Made by a program: the position numbers and the translations under genes. 45,473 nucleotides of DNA from the NCBI GenBank assembly GCA_031425655.1, contig JANPJS010000258.1, positions 1-45,473 on the forward strand, in the 5' to 3' direction. Origin of the DNA: Abditibacteriaceae bacterium. GTDB taxonomy: Bacteria > Armatimonadota > Abditibacteriia > Abditibacteriales > Abditibacteriaceae. Positions 9,686 to 18,510 of this stretch are shown piece by piece (the stretch's first letter is position 1; every line of letters starts with the position of its first letter). The notes under the pieces are model-generated. The model saw only the letters and a program-made list of their open reading frames with translations. It was not told the DNA's origin and did not search any database.

Positions 9686-10516
9686 GTGAAAATTGCTGTT
9701 CAATTAGGCTTGCTGCCGGGAAATACCAATCTCGAAAAAGCGAAATGGGCGCGGGATCACGGCGTCGAGGGCATCGAATTGGGTGTTTGGGGCGGCGGAT
9801 TGCCTAAAATGCGCCGCGACGCCGAAGAAATCAACGGTTTGGTGCCGATTTCCAGCGTTTGCGGCAACGCCGACGCCGAAGGCAACACCAGTTTCGAGTT
9901 TCTCAGCCCCGATCCGAAAAAGCGCCGCGCCAGCATTGACGGAGCCAAAGCGATTCTTGAGTTTTGCGGCGAAGTCGGCGCCGCCGGACAAATCGTGCCG
10001 CCGATTTTCGGCGCGCCGCAAGTGCCGGATTTATCGCCCTTCAAAACGCCTTTGGAAATCGAAGAAGAACTGATAATCGCCGCCTGCCGCGAAATCGGCC
10101 CGCACGCGCAATCGCACAAAACGCTGTTTCTTTTGGAGCCGCTCAATCGCTACGAACAGCATTATTTACGCAAGCAAAGCGACGGCGTGCGCGTGATAAA
10201 AGCCTCCGGCGCGCCCGGCATCAAGGTGCTGGCCGACCTGTTTCATATGCACATCGAAGAAACCGACAGCCCGGCAGCCTTGCGCGCGGCAGGCAAACAC
10301 GTCGGACATTTGCATTTGGCCGACAACACGCGCATGGAACCGGGCACCGGCGACATTGACTTCGTGGCGGCCTTCAAAGCGTTGAAAGACATTGGCTTTA
10401 CGGGTTTCATGGCTTACGAATGCGGCATTTCAGGCGACACGCTGCGCAAAAAAGCCGCGAACCTGTCGAAGAGCCTCGACTTCGTGCGTAACGCGATTGA
10501 AAAGGCGAGCATCTGA
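9686..10516 (+). CDS. Sugar-phosphate isomerase/epimerase (xylose-isomerase-like TIM barrel, tagatose/psicose 3-epimerase-like)
   Basis: EPLNRYE, DLFHMHIEE, HLHLADNTR, PGTGDIDF and AYE motifs; AGGAG RBS before GTG. Confidence 0.9.
   Translation: MKIAVQLGLLPGNTNLEKAKWARDHGVEGIELGVWGGGLPKMRRDAEEINGLVPISSVCGNADAEGNTSFEFLSPDPKKRRASIDGAKAILEFCGEVGAAGQIVPPIFGAPQVPDLSPFKTPLEIEEELIIAACREIGPHAQSHKTLFLLEPLNRYEQHYLRKQSDGVRVIKASGAPGIKVLADLFHMHIEETDSPAALRAAGKHVGHLHLADNTRMEPGTGDIDFVAAFKALKDIGFTGFMAYECGISGDTLRKKAANLSKSLDFVRNAIEKASI
10391..10516 (+). repeat. Left copy of a ~120 bp direct repeat (3' end of the isomerase gene)
   Basis: Matches 16165-16284; the first 20 bp ggctttacgggtttcatggc are identical. 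Confidence 0.9.
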
Positions 10517-10563
10517 CGTAATGCCAAGAGGGTTATAATTAGCGTAAATAACATAATGGAGAG

Positions 10564-13185
10564 GTGGGCAAATTGAAGTTTGGCTATGAAACCATTATCT
10601 GGGGTCGAGAAATTGACGACCTTGATACTGTGCTTGACATTATCGCGGGCGCTGGATATCAGGGTGTGGAATTCTCTCAGTGGCCGGGACGCTTGCCGCC
10701 CATACAAGACCTGCTCAAGATGCTGGAAGATCGCCAATTGGCGTTGATCGGTTTTTCAGGCGGCACCTTGTATGAGCGCATAAAGTATTGCGGCAATTAT
10801 CGCCCCGAACATCTGATCGTCTTTGATTGGAGTGAACTCGCTGAGAAAGCCACAGCAGACGGGTTCAAATTTGCGTTGCACCCACATCTCCATAAACCAA
10901 AGCACCGGATTGAGGAAGTTTTTGATTTGCTCAAAAAGCACGACAAGCTTCTCTTTCTGCCGGATACTGCTCTGCTAACTATCGCAGGTGACGACCCGGT
11001 TGAGGCGATTCAGAGGGCATTCCAATTGGGTAAAGGAAGGCTGGTTGGTGTCCACTTGAAAGATTGGTCGCCGGAATATGGGCATGCCGCGCACCGCTAT
11101 GCCTACGGCTTCACGGAACTCGGCACCGGCATCATTGAGTTGGAAGCCGTGCTTCGTGAGTTGCAGCAGTCTCATTTCACCGGTTGGATGATTGTGGAGC
11201 AAGACAACACGCGCAAAGATATTCCAACTTCTGTTTCCGAATCTGCACAGTGGCTTGCTAATAAGGGTTTTTCCGTTGTGCCTCGCAAAGCGTCAGCCCT
11301 TTCGTCCCCCAAACCCCGAATCCCCGCGAAGCGGCCAACCACCTTTTCCGCAGATGACGAAGCACGCTTTTTAAAGGCCATATCGCGTGCCAGCACTATG
11401 GAACTGAACGCCTGTTACGACCAAATTGCTGCATCTTTCAGCGAACTCGTGCCTGACAGCCTCGTGATGGTAATGATGTGTAATCCGATAAACAATGTTG
11501 TCAGCCTACTTTCTTTGGCAAACGGGATTTCCACTCAATATGATGAATACTCCCACGCACAACGGACTGCCAACCTGCTCACTGACGGGCACTATGCCGC
11601 AGCATTGGGAAAACTCACTCTGGAATTCGAGAAAACCTTGAGTGGTGTTGCCGTCGAACGGCAAACTACGACATCATTTGACCTGACCACACCTCATCCC
11701 GGCGCAGAATATGGATATCCTTCTGCAAACTTGGGTTATTCAAAGTTGTGCGAGCAGTTAGGCCTGACCCGCATGGTGGGAATTCCAGTGTTGGGTATTT
11801 CCAATCCACGCCACGCGCGCTTAATCGTTAATATTTTTTCCCCGGCCAATGATCGCTTGGCTCATCAGGATGAGCTTGAATATCTCTTCTATCTGAGCCA
11901 ATATGCGGGTATTGCAGCCGATTCGGCTCTGGATGAGATATGTTCTTTTGCTGCCGCCAGTGTCAACATCTTAGCCGGGCCTAGCACGACCACGAATGGG
12001 TTTTTGGAAAAAATCCGAGACCTGATCTTGGAACTCGTGGAATGTGAGGCCATTTCCATCTTTTTGATAAACGACATAGACACCAAACTTGAATTGGCCA
12101 CTTCAACAACGAATGCTGACTGGCGTGTGCCTGAGAATGAGCAATTCTATGCAAAGGGCGAGGGGCTGACGGGCCAGGTTTGGGACCGCAGAGAAGCACT
12201 GCTTACGACTGATACGAATCAAGAGCCGGGGCATTCGGGTAAGAGTGCGGAACGCGTCATAACTGAGCGGAAGGCTTGCCTGATGGCGCCGTTAGTCAAC
12301 TCCAGAAACGAGGTCGTCGGAGTCGTGCGCTGCATGAATAAACATGAGTCTCGCCCGCAAGACCTCAGGATGTTCACCAACGATGACGTAGCAATTTTGG
12401 AAGCGATTGGCCAAGCCGCCGTTCCTCACCTGCAAATCCTCCTGAGCGAGGAGTGGCGTGCCCGCGCTCTGGGTAGGATGATTCATGAATTTAAAACGCC
12501 ATTGGTTGCCATTCGCGGCGCCGCTGACTTGATGGATGCTGAATTCGAGAAGCGGCGCACTTCCGCCGTCGAATTTTTCGATCACGACTACCTGGAAGAC
12601 ATCTGGGCTTGGAGCGATATTATGCGCCGGTTGCTTGGTAATGCTGACGTTTTTCGTTATCCATCGCTGGAGATCCCGCTTCAGCCACAACCCACGTTGT
12701 TATTGAAACACGTTGTTGCGCCGGCGGTTAACCAAGTGCAGATTTTACTGCGCAATCGTGGTTTCTCTCAGAACAGCATTCGCTATGGAAGCTTCACAGT
12801 GATCCCCGATTTGTGGATTGACCGAAGCCAATTTCAGCAGGTGATTTTCAACCTGTTGTCTAATGCAATTAAGTATTGTTATCATGATGCCAAATCCTTT
12901 CAGGTGGCAATTGTGGGAGAGATAGAGGCCGGAGATTTCGTAGTGCGATTTCGAGATTGGGGGCCGGGAATCAGTCGAGAAATGCGTGAAGCCATTTTTC
13001 GGGAGGGCATCCGAGATACAAACGCCATAAAGGACAACGTCGCGGGACAGGGACTTGGCCTTTGGGTGGTGCGGAAGATTGTGGAGGCTCATGGCGGTGA
13101 AGTGCTCGTGACGAAGTTGCGTCAGCCGACGGAAATTTCCATTTACTTGCCTCACTCGCTGGCCTCCCGTCCACCTCGCTCGTGA
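10564..13185 (+). CDS. Soluble sensor histidine kinase: TIM barrel (IolE/AP_endonuc_2-like), GAF-like, GAF, HisKA, HATPase
   Basis: N-terminal GYQGVE, LHPH, PDTAL, VHLKD, ELGTG, GWMIVEQD; GAF with GEGLTGQV, CLMAPL, VVGVVRCMNK, FTNDD; H-box HEFKTPL, NLLSNAIKY, DWGPGI, GQGLGL; no clear TM segment. Confidence 0.9.
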   Translation: MGKLKFGYETIIWGREIDDLDTVLDIIAGAGYQGVEFSQWPGRLPPIQDLLKMLEDRQLALIGFSGGTLYERIKYCGNYRPEHLIVFDWSELAEKATADGFKFALHPHLHKPKHRIEEVFDLLKKHDKLLFLPDTALLTIAGDDPVEAIQRAFQLGKGRLVGVHLKDWSPEYGHAAHRYAYGFTELGTGIIELEAVLRELQQSHFTGWMIVEQDNTRKDIPTSVSESAQWLANKGFSVVPRKASALSSPKPRIPAKRPTTFSADDEARFLKAISRASTMELNACYDQIAASFSELVPDSLVMVMMCNPINNVVSLLSLANGISTQYDEYSHAQRTANLLTDGHYAAALGKLTLEFEKTLSGVAVERQTTTSFDLTTPHPGAEYGYPSANLGYSKLCEQLGLTRMVGIPVLGISNPRHARLIVNIFSPANDRLAHQDELEYLFYLSQYAGIAADSALDEICSFAAASVNILAGPSTTTNGFLEKIRDLILELVECEAISIFLINDIDTKLELATSTTNADWRVPENEQFYAKGEGLTGQVWDRREALLTTDTNQEPGHSGKSAERVITERKACLMAPLVNSRNEVVGVVRCMNKHESRPQDLRMFTNDDVAILEAIGQAAVPHLQILLSEEWRARALGRMIHEFKTPLVAIRGAADLMDAEFEKRRTSAVEFFDHDYLEDIWAWSDIMRRLLGNADVFRYPSLEIPLQPQPTLLLKHVVAPAVNQVQILLRNRGFSQNSIRYGSFTVIPDLWIDRSQFQQVIFNLLSNAIKYCYHDAKSFQVAIVGEIEAGDFVVRFRDWGPGISREMREAIFREGIRDTNAIKDNVAGQGLGLWVVRKIVEAHGGEVLVTKLRQPTEISIYLPHSLASRPPRS

Positions 13186-13221
13186 CGCCGGGCAAAAACC
13201 ACAGCATTAAGGAGAGAGCCA

Positions 13222-13668
13222 ATGGATACAAAGGAACCAGTGCAACGCCTTGTCTTACTGGTAGATGATGAGACGATGCCATCTGATCTTTACGTGCGAG
13301 CGTTAGAGCGAGTCGGATTCAAAGTTGAGCAGCGATTCGATCCTGATGAAGCGCTCGCCTTCGTGGAAAAGGAAGGACAGAATATCAAGGCTATCATCCT
13401 CGATGTGATGATGCCTCCGGGTAGCTATGGCAACAAGCGCACTGAGGACGGTTTGACGACTGGAGTTCTGCTTTACGCCGACCTGCAACAGCGATGCCCA
13501 TATGTGCCAATTTTTGTGACGACCAATACGGCAAACCACGCAACTCTTCAGCAATTTCCGCAGGGGCCACTGCTCCGTATTATTCAAAAGATAGATTATC
13601 CGCCTCGCGCTTTGATTAAACTCGTCCAAGAAATGATTGACAAGGAAGATGCTAACGATGTCGAATGA
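13222..13668 (+). CDS. Single-domain response regulator (receiver only)
   Basis: LLVDDE, phosphoacceptor ILDVMMP, VTT, QK; no output domain; AAGGAG RBS. Confidence 0.9.
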   Translation: MDTKEPVQRLVLLVDDETMPSDLYVRALERVGFKVEQRFDPDEALAFVEKEGQNIKAIILDVMMPPGSYGNKRTEDGLTTGVLLYADLQQRCPYVPIFVTTNTANHATLQQFPQGPLLRIIQKIDYPPRALIKLVQEMIDKEDANDVE

Positions 13669-15637
13669 TTTTGGAACTTCAAAACATGAACCGCAATTGT
13701 CAGGCGAAGATCGCTTCTGGCAGATGGTCAACGAACCACAATTGCTGTTGGATATGAAAGGCTTGGAAAATGCGTTAGGTGAACTTCAAGAACAGCTTGA
13801 TGAAAGTCAAGTGGAATTGCTTGAAGAAATTGGCGGACATTTATGGCGACAGGTCATCATGGGTCTTCGTCAGAGAATTAGTTTGGTTGAGGCCGCGAAC
13901 GCTACGGATGATGAAACGAGAAATTTTAAGGTCGGGCAACTCGCCGACACACTTAAGAACGAATACCCAGTATGGTTAATTCGTGTCGCCGCCAGCACCA
14001 CTACCCCGCCCAATGTCGCGGAGGCGGCGAGGGAGGTGTTGCACGAGTTCGGCTTAACCGCCGAAGAGTTGGCAGAGGAAGCAGAGGGCGAGGCGGTGCT
14101 GGCAGGCGTGGGAGAACCGTCGTCGCCCATCCTTGTGGTGGAAGAGCAACCACAGGAATACATCGTCAGCGTGCCGAGAGGATTACAACTGGCTGCGGCG
14201 GGAGAGGCGCGCCATTCTCTGCGTGACGTGCAACTGCGGAAAGACATTCACATCCTCCGCTCGGCAGGTGAAGACGGCAATCTGGCGCTAATGACGGCGC
14301 GGGAGGCCGCACACCTCAAAGCCACCATGCCGGATTTGTTGGTGGAACCCAACGTGCTCTACAAGCTGATCGGGCATCCGCTGCTCGATAATTTCAAGTC
14401 ATTCGATGCACCGTCCGTATGGGGGCGCAAAACGGTCACTGTGCGTGTAGTGGATATCAACAATAATCAACGGCCCGTTCCCGACGTAACTGTTTATTTG
14501 ATCGTTGATCCCGTCAAGCGTTCGGGTTACAAAGGCATAACGAATAAACAAGGGGAATGCCGCCTGAGCATCCACGCCAGCATTCACGCCGCGCACAAGC
14601 TATGCGACCTTCTACTGCTGCCGAAAGCGGGTTATTGGAATCGCTCACTCAATCAAATTGCAATCACTGATGAGTTCGAGACGTTTGTTCGTCCGCTGTT
14701 TGATGCGCCCGGAGGGGCTTACGATTGGGGGCACCAGTGCTGCGGGGGGCGGGGCGGATTATCCGACGGCGCCGAGATCAAAATCGGCATCATTGATTCG
14801 GGCGTGTGCCGTGACCATCCTTGGCTGGCTCCGGCCAAGGGGCACAGTTTTGTTGATGGCCCGAAAAAATATCCGTGGCATGAGGACGATCTGGGGCATG
14901 GCACGCACGTTGCGGGCGTCATCGCGGCTCGTCTTGCCAGCGCGGGCGGTTCAGGATGTGTAGGATACGTGCCGCAGGCGCAGATTCATTCTTATCGCGT
15001 AGCCAAGGATAAGAATGAAGTATCCCTACTGGACATTAGCGATGCGATTGACCGTGCCGTGACGGACGGCTGCGACCTCATCAATCTGAGCCTTGGCGAC
15101 AATGAGTATTCGGATTATCTACACGGCAGCATTGAGGCGGCTACGGAAAATGGCGTGCTGTGCATCGCCGCCACCGGCAACGATGGTGGCCCAGTGCTCT
15201 ATCCGGCGGCTTATTCCCGTGTCGTGGGGATTAGCGCGTTCGGCAAGTATCGTAGTTATCCAGACGATTCGCTGCATTGCGCCAATGAGCCTCACCAAGG
15301 CAATCGTCCAACTGCGCAGCGTCCCGACGGCGAGTATTACGTGGCGAAATTCTCCAACTTCGGCGATGAGGTAAATTTTTGTGCTCCCGGCGTGGCGATT
15401 ACGTCCACTGTGCCGGTTGACGGTTTCAGTGCTTGGGACGGCACCAGCATGGCTTGTCCGCAAGTCACTGGGATTGCTGCTCTGGCTTTAGCCTTGAATC
15501 CAAGCATTTTTCTTGCTCCACGGAATCCAAGGCGTGTGACACAGCTCAAGCAGGTTCTGGGAAGAACCGCGCAGCCGTTGGGCTTTGGCGCGTCTTACGA
15601 GGGAGCAGGTTGTTTAGATGTGGGACGGCTTCCATAG
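13658..15637 (+). CDS. S8 subtilisin-like serine peptidase with N-terminal helical region, propeptide and beta-sandwich insert
   Basis: Triad IGIIDSG, HGTHVAG, GTSMACP; LINLSLG; AATGND. Start taken at ATG 13658, overlapping the receiver gene; no signal peptide. Confidence 0.92.
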   Translation: MSNDFGTSKHEPQLSGEDRFWQMVNEPQLLLDMKGLENALGELQEQLDESQVELLEEIGGHLWRQVIMGLRQRISLVEAANATDDETRNFKVGQLADTLKNEYPVWLIRVAASTTTPPNVAEAAREVLHEFGLTAEELAEEAEGEAVLAGVGEPSSPILVVEEQPQEYIVSVPRGLQLAAAGEARHSLRDVQLRKDIHILRSAGEDGNLALMTAREAAHLKATMPDLLVEPNVLYKLIGHPLLDNFKSFDAPSVWGRKTVTVRVVDINNNQRPVPDVTVYLIVDPVKRSGYKGITNKQGECRLSIHASIHAAHKLCDLLLLPKAGYWNRSLNQIAITDEFETFVRPLFDAPGGAYDWGHQCCGGRGGLSDGAEIKIGIIDSGVCRDHPWLAPAKGHSFVDGPKKYPWHEDDLGHGTHVAGVIAARLASAGGSGCVGYVPQAQIHSYRVAKDKNEVSLLDISDAIDRAVTDGCDLINLSLGDNEYSDYLHGSIEAATENGVLCIAATGNDGGPVLYPAAYSRVVGISAFGKYRSYPDDSLHCANEPHQGNRPTAQRPDGEYYVAKFSNFGDEVNFCAPGVAITSTVPVDGFSAWDGTSMACPQVTGIAALALALNPSIFLAPRNPRRVTQLKQVLGRTAQPLGFGASYEGAGCLDVGRLP

Positions 15638-15740
15638 ATGCCATAAAGAAGGCCGGGCTGTTCCGAAAGGCCTTACTATGGTAAAAGTAGAATCGTAGGT
15701 GCGAAGGGAAGCGCACCCTCGCTCGAAGTAAGGTGTTACA

Positions 15741-15980
15741 ATGTCAATTCTGACCCGTATGTTCAAACGCCATCCTGCCCAGCAATATATTGTCTGGCGG
15801 AAGTCGGGTAACGTGTCCGTGAGGGGCGAACTCTCGCATTACTCAGGGGTTCGCATTCTCAATGAGGCCAATCCACGCCGAGCGCTGGTCGAAATGTCTG
15901 ACGACGTGCGAGATCGGATTGCCCACGAACATCCTGAATTGTCTATTGAGCCGAACGCCCTCTATAAATTGCAGACGTGA
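15741..15980 (+). CDS. Small protein resembling the subtilase propeptide (I9-like inhibitor)
   Basis: Ungapped 41-residue alignment to the upstream protease pro-region (14 identities, ending IEPNALYKL vs VEPNVLYKL) plus a shared YIV strand; TAAGGTG RBS. Confidence 0.75.
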   Translation: MSILTRMFKRHPAQQYIVWRKSGNVSVRGELSHYSGVRILNEANPRRALVEMSDDVRDRIAHEHPELSIEPNALYKLQT

Positions 15981-16017
15981 GAACGCACAGACAAGCCATT
16001 CGCTGTTGCTGCGCGCG

Positions 16018-16073
16018 GATGTAAAAAGCCAGAACGTGCCTCAAAATCAAGGCACGTTCTGGCTTTTTACATC
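16018..16073. terminator. Long perfect hairpin, probable intrinsic terminator of the islet operon
   Basis: gatgtaaaaagccagaacgtgcct-caaaatca-aggcacgttctggctttttacatc. Confidence 0.75.
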
Positions 16074-16164
16074 TATGACGCGTGTTAGAAGGAATCCTTC
16101 GGCTCCGTGGTTTGCGATGAAGTAAAAATGGTATGCTGGGGCTTGACCTATTGAAGTGAATCGA

Positions 16165-16284
16165 ATCGGCTTTACGGGTTTCATGGCCTACGAATGCGGC
16201 ATTTCCGGCGACACACCACGCAAAAAAGCCGCAAACCTCGCCAAAAGCCTCGACTTCGTGCGCGCCGCGATTTCGAAAGCGTAA
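16165..16284 (+). pseudogene. Displaced 3' fragment of the isomerase gene (right direct repeat)
   Basis: Translates IGFTGFMAYECGISGDTPRKKAANLAKSLDFVRAAISKA*, against IGFTGFMAYECGISGDTLRKKAANLSKSLDFVRNAIEKASI* in the intact gene. Confidence 0.88.
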
Positions 16285-16288
16285 ATTG

Positions 16289-16354
16289 AACCGCCAAGAC
16301 GCCAAGAACGCCAAGAACTTAATTGCTCTTGGCGTTCTTGGCGTCTTGGCGGTT
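16289..16354. repeat. Hairpin repeat built from tandem cgccaaga units
   Basis: aaccgccaagacgccaagaacgccaaga ... tcttggcgttcttggcgtcttggcggtt perfect inverted pair. Confidence 0.85.
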
Positions 16355-16359
16355 AATAT

Positions 16360-18441
16360 TTAGCTTTTCACTTTAGCGACCAAAAGCTTCGTGTTGCTTT
16401 CACCGACGTGCACGATGATGAGACGGCCCCGGCGCGCGACTTCGACAGTCTGACCTTCGATTTTGTCTTCGAGCGCGGCTTGGCCTTGCGCGATTTGCGT
16501 CAGTGCGCCGCCGGCTGCGCCGCGCGATAAAGTGCCTTTGAGCGTGGTCGCTTCGGCTTTGAGCATGAGCGTCACGGCGTTGCGCTTCGGGTCGCCGAAG
16601 ACGAGATTCAATTTCTGATCGGCGGCCAAAGCCGGCATTTTGAAACGCACCGTGCCATCGCCCCAGAACGGGCCTTTGTGCCACATGGTTTTGCTGGTGG
16701 TGTCGGTGGTGCCTACGAACTGCACACCCGGATCGGCCAGCGGCGGCAGCGGCATCCAAGCGCCTTCAGGTGTGCTCCAACCGCCCATTGTTAACGGCTG
16801 CGGGCCGGTGGAATACAAATCGGGGACGCTGGCCCACGTCGGGCGAGGATGCGGGAATTCGACGGCGAACGCGGTGATTTTCGGTGCAGTTTTGCTTTTG
16901 GCATCGCCTTGCGCGAAAAAGCCGGGGCGGCCGCTGTCAATGTCGTCGTCGAAGGCGTCCAGCAGGCGCACGCCGTCGGCTTTGGCGCTCAGATAGCCAC
17001 GGTCGCAGGCAAATTCCCACTGCGTGGTTTTGCCGTCGAAACGGGCGCCGGTGCGCGCTTCATCCAACACTTCGGTTTTGACGCCCATGGTTTTCACCAA
17101 TTGCACCCGTCCGGCATAAGGCGAGGCCGATTTCGAGCCGGCCACGCGCAGCAGATACGTTCCTTTGCCGGCTTGATGGTGCAAAACCACACCGGCAGCG
17201 GCGCTTTCGGGCAGTTCGATGTCGGCGGCGGCGATGTAATTTTCCCAATCGGCTTCGCCCGTGACTGCAAAAGCGCCCTGCGCGCCTTGCGATGTCATGT
17301 AACCAGCTTGAAGATTAGATGCCAGAGCGCCCGTTACCGTCCGCCAGCGGCCTGGAACTGTCACGCGAAAATCGTCGGCGATGTCGTTGATCGAACGCAC
17401 AGTCACGTCGTCGAAGACCGCTGAGGCCTCGATGCTGGGGTTTTCGGTATAAAGCCCGACTTGGCCGCGTCCGAAGAGGCCGGTGCGCGAACGCAAGACT
17501 TCAGTGTCGTCAATTGCGGCGCGCATCCAGCCGTTGGACGCCGAAAGGCGAATGCGATACCACTGATTCTGGTCGTAAGCGACAGGCGCTTCGGCGAGGA
17601 TGCGCGGCTGTCCGTCTATCATGCCGCGCAGTTGCACCGGGCCTTCCTCGCTCCAATGCAATAGCAAATAATTCTTGTCGTCCTGCACATAAACCGCGAT
17701 GCCGATAGCCGTGGCGCCTTCGGGTTTGACCGAAACCTCTACGGCGTAATCGTCCCAGAAAGCCTTGCCCGCCACCGCCAGATTAAGGCCTTTGGCGCCG
17801 GCTTTGAAGACGAACGGGTTGGCACTCTGCGCGACTTGCGCGGCGGCGTTTTCGGCCAGCCCGCTGGTGCTCCAACTGCCGATTAAATTGCTCCATACGG
17901 TTTCTTCGATCTTGACCGAGGCGATAGGAATGCCTTTGCGCGGATCGGCCTGGGTATCGGCCACAACGACATCGTTGGCCACGCGCATGAAGTCGTCGTC
18001 TAAAGTCACATCGCCGCTGGGCTGCATTTTCGGCGTGTTGGCGGCGCCGCGAAAGCCGATTTTGCCTTCTTTCCAGGTTTCGTCGTCGGCCTCGAAAAGC
18101 ACGCGTTTTTCGGCGATGATGCGCCAGCGTGCCCCGCGCCTTTGAATCACAACCGCGCCCGGCGCGATGGCTTTGCCATACGAGGCGAGGCGCGTGGCGA
18201 TTTTGCCTTTGGATAGGCCAAGTTCGATGCCGGCAGGCGTGAATTTCAAGCGATAACCGTCGCCGTTTTCCTGCTCGCACAGCGACCAGTCAACGGGCAA
18301 GCTGGCCAGTTTCGCGGTCACGTCGAAACCGCCTTCTTCGGCGGGGTCTTCGAGATAAGTAAAGCCGGGCAGTGCGGCGTGTGCGGCGTTCGACAGGGCA
18401 AGACAGGGCAGTAAGATCGCCCCAAGAAGTAGCTTTTTCAT
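16360..18441 (-). CDS. Secreted hypothetical protein with repeated ConA/LamG (DUF1080-like) beta-sandwich domains
   Basis: Signal peptide MKKLLLGAILLPCLALSNAAHA; repeated WDDY/WENY strands, GQVGLY, FDDVTV, GRPGFF. Confidence 0.75.
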   Translation of the reverse strand: MKKLLLGAILLPCLALSNAAHAALPGFTYLEDPAEEGGFDVTAKLASLPVDWSLCEQENGDGYRLKFTPAGIELGLSKGKIATRLASYGKAIAPGAVVIQRRGARWRIIAEKRVLFEADDETWKEGKIGFRGAANTPKMQPSGDVTLDDDFMRVANDVVVADTQADPRKGIPIASVKIEETVWSNLIGSWSTSGLAENAAAQVAQSANPFVFKAGAKGLNLAVAGKAFWDDYAVEVSVKPEGATAIGIAVYVQDDKNYLLLHWSEEGPVQLRGMIDGQPRILAEAPVAYDQNQWYRIRLSASNGWMRAAIDDTEVLRSRTGLFGRGQVGLYTENPSIEASAVFDDVTVRSINDIADDFRVTVPGRWRTVTGALASNLQAGYMTSQGAQGAFAVTGEADWENYIAAADIELPESAAAGVVLHHQAGKGTYLLRVAGSKSASPYAGRVQLVKTMGVKTEVLDEARTGARFDGKTTQWEFACDRGYLSAKADGVRLLDAFDDDIDSGRPGFFAQGDAKSKTAPKITAFAVEFPHPRPTWASVPDLYSTGPQPLTMGGWSTPEGAWMPLPPLADPGVQFVGTTDTTSKTMWHKGPFWGDGTVRFKMPALAADQKLNLVFGDPKRNAVTLMLKAEATTLKGTLSRGAAGGALTQIAQGQAALEDKIEGQTVEVARRGRLIIVHVGESNTKLLVAKVKS

Positions 18442-18510
18442 CGTGCAACCTTAGACCCCGCCAGCGCCGGAGCGTTGCAACCTTCTTTGGCTGCGTATTG
18501 CGAGAAATTG

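Larger units (their letters stand above)
10517..16164. mobile_element. Putative integrated genomic islet without an integrase
   Basis: Bracketed by the duplicated isomerase 3' end, visibly more AT-rich than the flanks, and free of the host REP families; no recombinase ORF inside. Confidence 0.7.

Noticed and set aside
15862..16314. ORFs at the right end of the islet as an integrase remnant
   Set aside because: No tyrosine or serine recombinase motifs; they span the terminator hairpin and the isomerase fragment.
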